A stretch of 64,000 bases of DNA from Oculina patagonica (Eukaryota): assembly GCF_052425735.1 (NCBI RefSeq), contig NC_135758.1:18972001-19036000 (forward strand), in the 5' to 3' direction. Of this stretch, positions 50,864 to 62,205 are shown one piece after another. A model generated the notes under the pieces. It did no database searches. It worked only from the letters and a program-made list of their open reading frames with translations, and was not told where the DNA came from. A program made the translations under genes and the position numbers. Each line of letters opens with the position of its first letter. Positions within the stretch are counted from its first letter, which is position 1.

Positions 50864-53800
50864 AAAAATTTAATCTAGTCGACTGTTTCCTTTACTAAGT
50901 AGTTGCTGTAGCGTCATTGTTATTTGTATATATGCATAGTTTTTCTGCTGTTTTTTTTTTTTCCTTTTTGCACTGTAATTGTGGCATGAGGCATTGTTAG
51001 TATCACTGAAAGCATAGCAAAAAACAAAAGAAAAAGAAAAGAAAAAAAAAAAGAGAGAAATATATATGTAGATTTAAATAAGTAATAAGCAAATACAGTA
51101 TTGTAAATTAGATAGTATTGTAAGTTTTGTAATGTTAATATGGTAGGTAACACCAGTATTTTATTAGGATATAAGGTATTGTCAGTATTGTTAACAATGT
51201 TTTCTTGTACTGTTAGTAACTGTAAGTAATGTAGTTAATGTTAGTATTGTAAGTAATGTTAGTTTTGTTTAAGTAATTTGTGGTATTGTAAGTATTGTTA
51301 GTATTGTAAGAAAATTTGTTGTTCTCAATAAAATAAAAAAAAAAAAAAAATAAAAAAAATAATAAAAAAAAAAAAAACAACTCAAAAGAAACCTTGTTAT
51401 ACAGCAGGCAATTTTAAAATTCTGCATTACCCGGGTGTAAGCAAAAAAGCAAAAGGTGTCTATCTCGGTAGCCATTAAACAAATGTTATAAACTGAATCC
51501 GAAGATGGGCTGAATAAATATAGCGAGATGCATTTCTCCCTATCTTTTCTCCGGCCTTTTCTGGCTGGCTTTTAAAAAAATTATCTGCCTTGGAGATCAC
51601 AGCAGGTGTATAATGTAACAGTGTGATATCAGTGTTCTAGATATATTATTGATTCTGACGATACTTGACTCGTCGAGAAATGAACTGAAAAAGGAGAAAT
51701 TTCAGTAAAATTTCAATTTTAAGTCATATGATTCCCTTACGTATTTAGAAGGTTTTAGATGGTTTGAGTATAAAGTGATAAGAACACTTCTATTTTTTGG
51801 GGTAGTTGACGGTGGCTGGGGAGACTGGAGCAACTGGAGCGCATGCAGTGTGTCGTGTGGGCCTGGTACCAGTATCAGGAGCAGGCAATGCAATAATCCA
51901 CCCCCAGGTCCCGGCGGAAAACCATGTACTGGACTTCCCGTGTCGAACAAGCCTTGTAATGAAGGATCGTGTCCTGGAAGTACGTATTAAACTAATGTTG
52001 TGATTTTTAGGTTGTATTTCTTTGCTGAAGGTTTAGCACTTAAATATTGCATATGCTTTTCTTACAAGAGGGAAACGAGAGATCTTTATTTACATAGAGT
52101 AAAAAGAATGAAAAATTGACAGTACTTTTTAGCAAAAAATGTTGTATTAATGGGCAGTTTGTTTCTGGGCGAGGTGCTTTGGCAGAGCAATATTCTTCAT
52201 ATATGGGTGTGTTTCGCATTCATCTTTCATTTCACTCTTGCCTCACTTTCGGGCAGTTCTCTCAAAAGGCCACTGTCAGGGCTAAAGCACACGGGTGAAG
52301 TGAACAGCTCCTAAAATACCTCATAACACTCGAGACTTAAAGGGACTGTGTCACGGATTTCAGCCAAATTTAGGCATGGCAAATGATCATCAAACTCGGG
52401 GAAACTATAAAAATAACCTCTTAAAACAGTGAAGGAACATTTCAACGACACAGCAAAAGCATAAGAAGGTACGGATGGCCAAAAGTGACGAAGATTGAAA
52501 CGGATTGCGATATGGGTTTTTGAAATATCTTTGGGCTGAACGGTTTTCAAAGTTAATCTCGTTTACTTGTAACTTTAAATTATAACGCCCAGAAGACATA
52601 TGAAGCTATGGTTTTGTCATTTAGACCCATAGAAGCAATTTCTTTGCAAAAATCAAGCTTCATAAACTTAACTCAGCCGTGACACAGTCCCTTTCATAGA
52701 AGAAATTTCTGTTTTTGCGCAGTTGATTAGAATGAATAGTCCAGTTAGAGATCGCTAGAACCCAGTCTCTGACATTGCCCTTTAAAACGAGGTGATCAAT
52801 TGTGATTGGTTGTCTCAGGTGAGGACTGCTGGGGTGACTGGAGTGACTGGAGCCCATGTGACAAAGCTTGTAACTGTGGCAAGACATACAGGGTCCGTTT
52901 TTGCAAGTGCGCACACGGCCAGGGGCATGACCAGTGCCAGGGGCCTGGAGACAGCTCCAAGAGTTGTAACTGCCATGGTTGCCCCAATGGACCCCCCTCT
53001 GATGACGTTGTCGAAGGTATAATAACATCACTCGGTTAGCACGTGATGAGCACGGGGTGCATCACGGGGATTTAGAAAACCATTCATTGTTGAAGATGGC
53101 TATCTCTAGCTAAAATACCCCAATACGTTGCTAAGAGACAGGGGCTTAGTCACGCTGTTGAACTTTAGCAGTTTCTGCCGTTACTGACAATCTTCAAATT
53201 GGACGTGATTGTACGTCAAAATAATGGATTTCAAGGAAATTGACCTGGTGTCTGTCGTGTTGGTCGAACAATAACAGAAATTATTATTCATTCAAAATAT
53301 TTCTTCGTTTCTGATTGGCTTTCAATCCCCGGCTAATTCCAACTAACCGGCTAGCAACGACCAAATTTGGAAGACGCTTCTATTATTGGACGAATGACGT
53401 AATAATTATTGGACGATTGACGTCAATCGTGCAATAATAGAAAAATTATTGGACGATTGACGTCACGCAACAGAGCTCAGCCGTAGGCGAAAATGGTCGC
53501 TAAATTTAACATTGCGACGAAAAAATGGTCAAAATATTAGATGATAAAGATAGAAAAAACATCAAAAAAGCCTCGAAGGGAAGTCGCTTGATTTTTAAGC
53601 TTATCTTCAGGAGAGAAACATCAAAAAACCAGCGACACCGGAGGAATTGGCGACTGTTAATTCATTTTGTGTTTTTAGAGCTCTTGGAAATATTTTGAAT
53701 GAATAATAAAACAATTATTGAATTCGACTTTCGTATGATATGAAGAACCCTCCTCGATCTGCATAATTCTTCATATCATACTTAGCCTCATCCAATAATT

Positions 53801-54036
53801 GCTTATTATCTCTAAGGTGAATATGTACAAGAACTTGGTCTCCAATATTAAAGAAGTTCTCTTTTCTTCTTTTTGGGGCATTTAATAATTGAAATAGCAA
53901 ACCAAGAATAACCTCAAATATAGCACTGCGTAGTCCCTGTAAAATATGATTTTGTAGCCTTTTTTCCCATCATTTATTACTGTGTAGAGTTGCTTGATAC
54001 GTTGTTCTGATTCTAATTATTTCTCCTTTAGGTTAA
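37501..54036 (+). CDS. Secreted thrombospondin type-1 repeat protein (signal peptide, TSP1, EGF-like, 13 more TSP1; coadhesin/hemicentin/SCO-spondin-like), about 860 aa, 15 exons
   Basis: Exons 37501-37849, 39242-39403, 39761-39934, 40854-41021, 41556-41726, 42321-42491, 43656-43823, 44307-44477, 44751-44921, 45591-45746, 45879 (or 45873)-46052, 46273-46443, 51806-51979, 52819-53016, 54032-54036. All introns are GT-AG phase 1. Each internal exon encodes one WxxWxxWxxCSxxCG...RxRxC repeat. Confidence 0.85.
38630..38980. mobile_element. PIF/Harbinger-like MITE remnant
   Basis: CCGTCCACACTAA and TAGTGTGGACGG motifs plus ATCCGGA/GAAAACG subrepeats. The left end is degenerate. Confidence 0.5.
39959..40147. 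mobile_element. Tc1/mariner(pogo)-type MITE (partial relative at about 38978-39098)
   Basis: TA|CAGTCAACT...AGTTGACTG|TA; GTCCGTCTTA subrepeats. Confidence 0.8.
40472..40656. mobile_element. TA-flanked hairpin MITE (relative at about 8063-8260)
   Basis: TAGACTGTTCACA ... TGTGAACAGTCTA. Confidence 0.7.
42695..42860. mobile_element. TAGCCTG-family MITE
   Basis: TAGCCTGCGTAGC ... GCTACGCAGGTTA. Confidence 0.65.
43226..43607. mobile_element. Kolobok-type MITE
   Basis: TTAA|AGGGACTATGTCACGG ... CCGTGACATAGTCCCT|TTAA. Confidence 0.85.
46460..51379 (+). mobile_element. L1/Tx1-clade LINE, 5'-truncated (no ORF1), in an intron of the TSP1 gene
   Basis: ORF2 plus an about 700-bp 3'UTR ending in AATAAA and poly(A) (51328-51377). 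The 5' boundary is approximate and no TSD was found. Confidence 0.85.
46893..50682 (+). CDS. L1/Tx1 ORF2 (APE endonuclease, RT, C-terminal zinc finger) with one frameshift and a TTG start
   Basis: SLNVRGL, LQEVH, NLYAPN, GGDFN, SRLD-like CRLDFFL, TDH; [33 protein letters not shown]. An extra A in the A6 run at about 49573-49578 shifts the frame (WIQK|YLDP...). The shifted frame continues to CCFC...[10 protein letters not shown] and the stop at 50682. Confidence 0.9.
52341..52692. mobile_element. Kolobok-type MITE
   Basis: TTAA|AGGGACTGTGTCACGG ... CCGTGACACAGTCCCT|TTCA. Confidence 0.8.
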
Positions 54037-54856
54037 GCCATGCAAAAAGACAACGGAGATGAAGTTATAGCTAGACCTTCTGATTAGTTTCTGTGTACAA
54101 AAGTTTTTTAAAATAGCTTGGAATTTGACCTTTAGGAAATTTAGTCCAGAAAGAAGTTTTTGTTTCTTGCCTGACAATATTCGAAGTCTAGAGTTGTACA
54201 TAAACATTTGAAGTTACGTCATGAAGGACGCGCCCACAGTATAACACAGTGGCCAGCAGCCTTAGCAACATCCAAAGACAGTTACTTATTTTTGTACATT
54301 AGTATTAGGATAATAAAGTTGTGTTTTTGAGCTACCTGTTCTCTCCGTATTTGTATTTCAAGATGTCTGGCTTTACAATTTGATAGCGATTGTGCTATTT
54401 ATACACTGTCGTAAATATGAGTGAAATACGTAGAATATTAAAAGATATATTTATTTTATAACACGTCAAATTTACAAACTTAGTGTTGTCACATTGTCAA
54501 ATGAACGCCTGTAAAGTCTGTAAATGTTCAAATTCATCATTTGAAGCAAGTGTGGACTCGTTTTCTTTCAAATTTGGCAAGAAAACTAAATTAATTTTGC
54601 ATTCTCTTTCTACCTTTGGTAACTGTTCGTTTATTCATTTATTTGATTTTACAAACGTTGACGTCAGTAAAGACCCTCTTCTGCCGAAGTTGTTTTGCAA
54701 TTAAATTCCTAATGTTTAATCCTTGCAAACACCATAACTAAACATATCACAACTCAACTTGACAGAATCATTGAAAAAACAAACAAAGTATGTAATAAAA
54801 TGGCAGACTAAGTATCTTTAATCTTTTAAAGTCTAAGTAACTCTTTCCGAGTACAT

Positions 54857-57695
54857 ATGGCGACGTACCTAATCTTAACGATCGTCCTCGCCGTTCAGGT
54901 GTATTTTTGCCAAATCACCATAGCAGAGAATTCTCATTCTTTTCAAAATCGACCGTGTTGGATGTGTGATGTAACACACTGTAAAAAGTGCGTGGCAAGT
55001 CAGTGGACACAGTGGAATCAGTGTTCGGCTCCTTGTGGTATAAACGGTTACCAGTCGAGAACCAGGCTTGTGTACCGGCCGCCATCTTGTGGCGAGGAAT
55101 CGTGCCGGGATTTAACCACAAAAGAGTGGCGACCCTGTAATAGGTTTTGTCACAATGGAGGGACGCCTGGGCGATGGGCTTGCGCGTGTCCACTGAACTA
55201 CATTGGTGATTGTTGTGAGACAGGTTTGTGAAATGAACATGTAACCTTATAAAATACCCAAACTTGCATTCGTCTTGTGTTACAAGAAAAAAAAAAATCA
55301 AATTCAGAACTACTAAAGCTGAAGTTAGTCTTTGGTGTCATTTGGATCCCATAAATAGGAATGTTACTAGAATTTCGTCGAGTAAAATGGTTCAATTTAG
55401 ACAATCATCTGTTAAATAAAAAAAGGTTAAGGAAGTAAAAGTAGAATTAATTTCCCGTCAAAACAAATACAAATAGACATGAAATTTAAGGGAAGTGGGC
55501 GACATTAATTTAAATCGACGGTTTGAATGCGATTTGTAGGATTTTGGGCGTTATGACAATAAAATAGTGATAATATTTAGTAATTACTCTGCAAAACAAA
55601 CTTTGGATGAAGATGATTATTAAAACTAGACCTCGATGAATTACGATAATAAAAGCAAAGTTGATTGAATTCATTTTGATGTAAACCTGCAGTTTGGAGG
55701 TGTTACCTTGAAAAGAATGGACAAAACAGTTCCATTCATTAAGACGAATACTGAACTACCCCTAATAATGAATACATTCTTTGGTTACAATCGCAAAATT
55801 TGTCGTAAATTAAAGTAGATAAAGCGAGTATAGTTAACAACTATTCACCAAAGTGGAGGTGGCTAGCGGTGGATATTTATCGTGCCGCGAAGCAGCGAGG
55901 TAGATATTCACCACTAACCACCGACACTGAGGTAAATATGTGTTTTAGAATATACTAAAACAGTGAGATAATATAACCGGAAAGGATGATTTTTGGCCAA
56001 TCAGCGCGTGCCAAAAACGCTGTCCACTGTTTTAGTATATACTAATATCAGTACTAGTACTAGTATCAGAAACTCTGAAAGTAGTTAATGTTTCGCATAT
56101 CTCGTACCAAGCGTAACATCGTTTCTTTCCAGTACTGAAAAGAGTTTGGCAAAAATTACTCGGAAATCTAACAAATTTTCTTTCGTTATTTGCGCGTTTT
56201 TCTACTCTCTTCTCTGAGCTTAGTTTCCTTCAGTTTACTATTTGGTTTCCCTGCAGGATTTTTAGGATGGAGCAGCTGGGGGGACTGGGGCCAATGTAAC
56301 AAGTCATGTGGTTCCGGCGTTCAAAAACGCATGCGCGTATGTATTGCCTCACCGCCGTTCAATGCTTCCGTCTGCGACAGCATTTGCCCTGGGCCGAGTC
56401 TTGAAACAAGAGAATGCAACACTCAAGAGTGCCAAGGTTAGTCACTTCCTGTTTTACTTGGTATGCGCATACAAACGTTCAACAACTGCACCCGGGAAAT
56501 AAAGTTGAAAATGTAATTTTTACAATCACTGTAAAACCATCCAATGTCAGACTAGTCACTACTGTGAAGAAAATATTTCTCACCTTTTACAAGAAACAGA
56601 TAACGTGTTCTTAAAGCCTAAAGAGTAGGCTTTTATAGATTGTGCTAGCATAATTTTTGGCATAATTGGAGCTAAAAAGCATAATTTGTGAAACGAGCAC
56701 TGCCACGGCATAATTAGCAATTTTTAGCACTTTTTGGAGCATAAATTCATAAAATGTAGTAAATATGGTGTACTTTCTACAGAAATAAATGAAATTTAGG
56801 TAGTTTGTTCTTGCAATGCGTGTTTTAGCTATACAATTGTGATTGTTAAGTCGTTGGAGGCATTTTACAAACGGTTTAGAGATGCGAGCAGCTAATTTGG
56901 ACAGCTGACGGCCGTGATAAACTGCCATAAACACAAATAAATTTACAACAACAGTTTATTTAAAAAACATCATAATTTGGTGTCGTTATTGCGCACCTCT
57001 ATGTATAGAATCTTCGTCATTTTGTGAGCATAATTTCGGAAATCAGAAGCATAATTTGGGAATTCTGGCATAATTTTTGCATAATTTGGCAAAATTTTGA
57101 GCACTGCTAGTAGCATAATATGCCACTTTTAGGAGCACAATCTATAAAAGCCTACTAAAGAGCAGAGGAAAGAGTCTCAAACGCCACTATCTGATCTACA
57201 TAGATGGTGTCCGAGTTCTATTGCGCCAAAATAACATTTTACTCTGTCGATCTGGTACCGTCTTCTTTCCATACTGAGAAACTTCACAAAACGATTCAGT
57301 CCTTTGGTCAGTTGGAACGAAATGAAAGATGGGTCAATTCTTTTTACGAAGGTCCTATGTGTAAAGTTGCTCACACTGGTATGACTTTCGTTTCTTTTTT
57401 TTCAGTCCAATACGATTCACTTGGTTGTTTTAGAGATGACACTCCCCGCTCTCTTCCATTGCTGCTTAAAAGCTTCCGGGGTAATATCGACTGGAACAAC
57501 ATGGCGAAAGTTGTCCAAGCATGCGCAGACATAACCCATGAGCGCGGTCTTGTAACGTTTGGAATCCAGTTTTACGGCGAATGCTGGAGTGGTGTGAACG
57601 CCAGCGAGACATACGATATGCACGGGCCTTCCAAAAACTGTTGGAGTGGGGTGGGAAAGGAAGGAAGCTATTACGTTTACAAGTTAAAAGTGTGA
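54857..57695 (+). CDS. Secreted TSP1-EGF-TSP1-WSC-like protein, about 278 aa, 3 exons
   Basis: Exon 1 54857-55223 (signal peptide, TSP1, CNRFCHNGGT...CCE); exon 2 56257-56436 (TSP1); exon 3 57406-57695 (LGCFRD...IDW...CA...FGIQFYGECWSG...C..GVG...YVY, WSC-like). Phase-1 GT-AG introns. Confidence 0.85.
56626..57154. mobile_element. hAT-type MITE
   Basis: TIR TAGGCTTTTATAGATTGTGCT / AGCACAATCTATAAAAGCCTA; perfect 8-bp TSD CTAAAGAG; GCATAATT subrepeats. Confidence 0.92.
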
Positions 57696-58341
57696 ATTTT
57701 GTTGGCTGTGTCGTACAGGATGTGTAAGACTAATATTTACGTAGCTTTAGCTTTGGATGACTTGTAACAAGGTTTAAAAAATTGTCCAGAAATCACAGTT
57801 AAACCGTGTTATAACTTTGAATAAAGATTACAATGGCCTGCTCGCACAAAATGAAAAAAACATGCGATGTTATAAGATCTCATCATTTCTTAAAAGAGGA
57901 ATCTGAAGTGCTAAAATGGAAACTGGAATTTGAGCATATTTTCATTGGGAAATTGGGATCTGGGTCCCCCTCCCTCTTCAGGACCCTCTGTCACCTTGGG
58001 CAAAAAGAGCCCCTTAATCACAACAGTGAACATGCTATGCTGAATGGCTATCTAAACAAAGTACATCAATCTGAAATGTCAGTCGACTTCAACTTTCAGC
58101 CTTAACCCCCGGGCACTCCGATTTAAGCTGAGGACTGGAGACGACTGACATTTCAAGCAGAGAGGACGTTGGTTCATGCGACTTGGTCACCTAAGAAAGC
58201 CGTATTGATAAAAAACAACAAATTCTTATAAAGAGAATCTTAGAGAATATTTAACAATGTCAATAGAATTTTGAAGTTGATCTACAAAGGTGATCGCAAG
58301 GAGTGGTCATGGCAACAAATCCCTTTTATACGGTTGGCATA

Positions 58342-58524
58342 AATAGGCCATTTCCGTGTTCACTTTGCCTCTTTTCAAAACGAGTCTACGTGCGAAACCA
58401 TTCAAATGAAAAAGAGTTTTATTTGCATGAAAATGGATCTGTAGGTGAAACTCATTTTCATTTGAATGGTTTCGCACGTAGACTCGTTTTGAAACAGAGA
58501 CAAAGGGACTCGGAAATGGCCTTT
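58342..58524. mobile_element. Palindromic MITE
   Basis: AATAGGCCATTTCCG...TTTCAAAACGAGTCTACGTGCGAAACCATTCAAATGAAAA, followed by its near-exact reverse complement. Confidence 0.8.
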
Positions 58525-60151
58525 TGTCGGCATCTAGTCTCCGAGAATCAATTGAGCCCGCGGTTTTACCGACAAAGCTGCTTAGCAACATGTCCTTATG
58601 ACGTGACACGTCATGTTGACGTGACAGCTTCGGAGTGTTCACGAGTACCCGCGCTACATTTTGATTGGTCAATGAGAATCAGAAACTCTTCAAATGCTTC
58701 GACTGGTCGTTCTTTCTTTCTTTCTTTTTCTTCTGTTTTCTTATTGGCTAATAACACAGGATTTCTAAGAAAATCTCGACGGTGAAGCCATACATATCCA
58801 CTCCGGCTGTTAGAAGTATTTTATTTAACTCATTGAGGATGATATTGATTGCAAACTTTTCTTTAACATTATTTTTTCCATGCATATGTGCTTTTTACCT
58901 TGGAAAACTACATTACATTCCACCATAAATCCCTTTACTCTTTGACTTGAGTATAAAGTTAAAATACTTACGTATTGGATAATTCAGTTAAGATATGAAC
59001 AATTTTTCAAAAGCATTTAAATTCATTTCCTTTAAAAAATCTATAACAAAAATATTCTCAAATAAAATTACTGTAATAATTTCTAATATGATAAATCTCA
59101 ATTAATCTATTTTGTTATTTTGATGTGTAATTCTGAATAAGAGAGGTGTCTCTTGTCTATAATGGTTTCAGTCTACTCAACAAGATTACAAACACGTTTT
59201 CTACAACATCTTTCCACCGGCTTCCCTTACTTTATACACCGATTCGGAAATGTACAATTAGTAAACTATTTTCTTAAAAATTAGCCTATCCACTAGCGTT
59301 ATCAATAATTATTTTTTCAGTTTCTCATCAGATGGCTTAATAAAATCGAACAACTGTGACCAACAGGACTACAAGAAACCTAAAATATACAAAAACTGGA
59401 CACGGATGCATAATGCATCCTGTGCGATCTAAAAGTCTAAGATAGCAAACACTTATAACTGCCTGTCACTATAGTCTCGCGATAAATTGTACATTATACA
59501 TTTTCAAAAACGAAAATATTTCTTAACAAACATTCCAAGGAACCAAGCATTAAAGCAGGGACACAGTTATATCGTCCTATTTTCAAGGAAAAAAAAAACA
59601 ATATTACGTTTTGCTTTCGTTCATCCTTGCAGTTAGAGCATAGGTCCTTTCATTCACCGAATAAAAGAGAATGCAGAAAATGGAACAGGACGACGTTTAC
59701 ATGTATATGCACAAAAAAATTTTCCTCTACTTTAAGAATGCGTATAACATGGTGTCGTGGAAACCACTGAATTAAAGGGACAGTGTTACGAGAAGTCTTC
59801 CACGTTTTGTGTAAACTATGCTAAAACTACGAGGGTACACTCACTGATCAACAAAATTAATAATCTTTAAAGGTATAAAAGAAAGACATAAATTCATTCT
59901 CCCAGATGTCAATAAGTCCTGATCAACGGTTTACATGTGATGTTCTTCCAAGTAAAACTGTCAACTTGAAAACGCCGGCCCGACTCGGTGACACTGCCTC
60001 AAGAAATTACCTTGAAAAGAATACCACAAATCTAAACAAGGCACAAGGATTTTTTAACTCCTTGTGAACCCTCTCTCCTCTTATTTTAGTGGTTAACCAG
60101 TCCATGTAGACGTTACATAAATTCTCATAGCGACAATAAACATGACTCAGT

Positions 60152-62205
60152 TCAGGCCTCCACGCTCTGCCGGTGCGCTGATGGGTGCTGCATTTCCTGG
60201 GCCTGGTGCGAGTCATGAAGTACACCGTGGATGCGCTCTTCCATTTTGAATCCCATGAGGTCTTTGCGGGTAATGATGCCTCTGACCCTGCAGTTGGAGT
60301 AAGGGATTGATTAGCGACCTTCAGATTTGACTACGAGTACGACATCGAGTACGAGTACGACTTTGGAATTTCTACGCAATTGTATTCCCCAAACTATAAC
60401 TCTTCCCTGTTGCTGACTAACACACAAATAAACGTTAGGGATAAGATTGGTGTGATAAGTGATTATAGGAGGCACACGAATTTGGTCTGAAAACTCGTAC
60501 TTGTACTCAATCTCGTACTCGCAGTCCGATCTGAAGGTCCCTATTACTGAGAGCGCTCGCTAAACTTCTTGATTGATTTCTGATGAATTTTTCCTGGCTT
60601 TCGAAAACCATAGGTGTACTTTATCGGCACGTGGATATGATTATTATTTTAAAACCGCAAAAGACAAACTTAGTTTTCAATTTCCATGCAATGGAAAAAC
60701 CAAACTAAAGACGCTGAAAAGGGAATACACAAAAAAATAGCGGAAAATGAAGACTTAGCATGCAATGTAAGTGGCAATGGACATTTAAAACTAAATACAT
60801 GTTGGGCGCTGAGAGAATCTTGTGGTAAACTACAGCAAGTGCGTTGTTGGAACAAACCTGTTTTTCTTGTCCACAACAGTCAAATGTCTGTCAAAAAAAA
60901 TAATGTTACCAGTTAGTACCACACAATAACGGCGAGTTCAAGAGATTTTTAAGTTCTTTTTCCCTGCTTCTAATCAAGAAAAGCGTTAACAATCAATGAA
61001 AGGTGATAGCTAGAGACATTATTTGTGATTTTGTTATGTTCCGCTTGACATAGTAATATGGATGAGAACGGATCATAAATGATTTATTGCATGATGCCTT
61101 TGTTCTTAGTACGCACCTCAGTCCCAGTGTTCTGAATATAATGTAGGTTCGGTGAAGAGAGAACGTTTCTTGAACTGTAGGAGCTGAGTGGTTCACATAC
61201 GGTGACTGCAAAATTGTAAAACACAGTTAAGAGGATAATGGCTACAGTGTGTATTACACTTTCGTACTTGAGAAGGAAAAATCGGCATGTATGTTGTGAA
61301 TGGCCAGAAGACGTTGCATGATCTTCCTTCAGCCAATCACAGGATCTATACAAAGGCAAAACCAAAACAAACACAACTACTTCCAAATCACTGAATCACT
61401 GACGGTTTGTCGACCTTTCGATTTTTCCTGTCCATTTTGGGTTACGTGGTAACCGAGGGCTTGGAAGAAGACCAGAAAAACGTAAAAGTGCGTGACATTT
61501 AACTGAATTTTGTAGAATGCGTTACGTACCAGATCAATGAACATGTCCTGGTAACGCGAGTCTCCCGCGTAACGCTCCAACTGAGCGTTTAATCGATCAG
61601 CATCCCGGATGTACCCTTGATGCATCTAAAACAGCAACAACAACAGAAAATTTCACAGTCAGAAAATGTCGTGTGAAGGCGTGGAAATTTTTATTCGGGA
61701 AAACTCCCTTACTCCCAAACCCTTACTCTTTTGTATACCATTTTTGACAGAAATAGTAATCCTTTCGTATATCTTCGATAGAAAATGGTACTCAATTCTA
61801 CATAACTACAGAAGGGATACTGCAATTCTTTTCTTAATTTTTTTATTTGAATATCCCTTTAAAAAGGTACTGGGCTCTACAGCACCGCTTTCGAGCGGAG
61901 CCCACAGCAATGTAATACACACTTATTTTTCTGCGTTCGCGTAATAGTGAATTAATTAATTTGGATATATCACGAACCAATAAATTTTTTCAAGATACGA
62001 AGTACTGCAGAAGCGTTGCTTTGACGAGGATGATAACAACAGGCAACAAAACAAAATTGACGAGTGCATTGATGGCGTAATTATCGAGTTTCTTCTAACC
62101 TGGTAATAATCCAGCCTGTTGATGTCCAATTCTTCCTCATTAAGTGATAGGTTCTCTCGCGAGGAAAAGATGTCTTCGCGAGACAAAAGAACCGTGATGT
62201 CGTTT
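60152..62205 (-). CDS. CLC chloride channel / Cl-/H+ antiporter (CLC-6/7-like group), 3' exons encoding the CBS region; the gene starts beyond the last mapped exon
   Basis: Exons 62205-62100, 61625-61530, 61205-61117, 60887-60858 and 60287-60152 splice in frame with GT-AG to give ...MFIDL|SPYVNHSAPTVQETFSLHRTYIIFRTLGLR|HLTVVDKKNR|VRGIITRKDLMGF..., the CBS2 signature. Confidence 0.88.
60313..60542. mobile_element. PIF/Harbinger- or ISL2EU-like MITE in a CLC intron
   Basis: TIR AGCGACCTTCAGAT / ATCTGAAGGTCCCT; ATT on both flanks; GAGTAC subrepeats. Confidence 0.7.

Noticed and set aside
53270-53790. Further dispersed repeats (also about 11230-12130, 43970-44230 and 55830-56045)
   Set aside because: They look like common non-autonomous repeats, possibly Crypton-related, but I could not define ends or family from the window alone.
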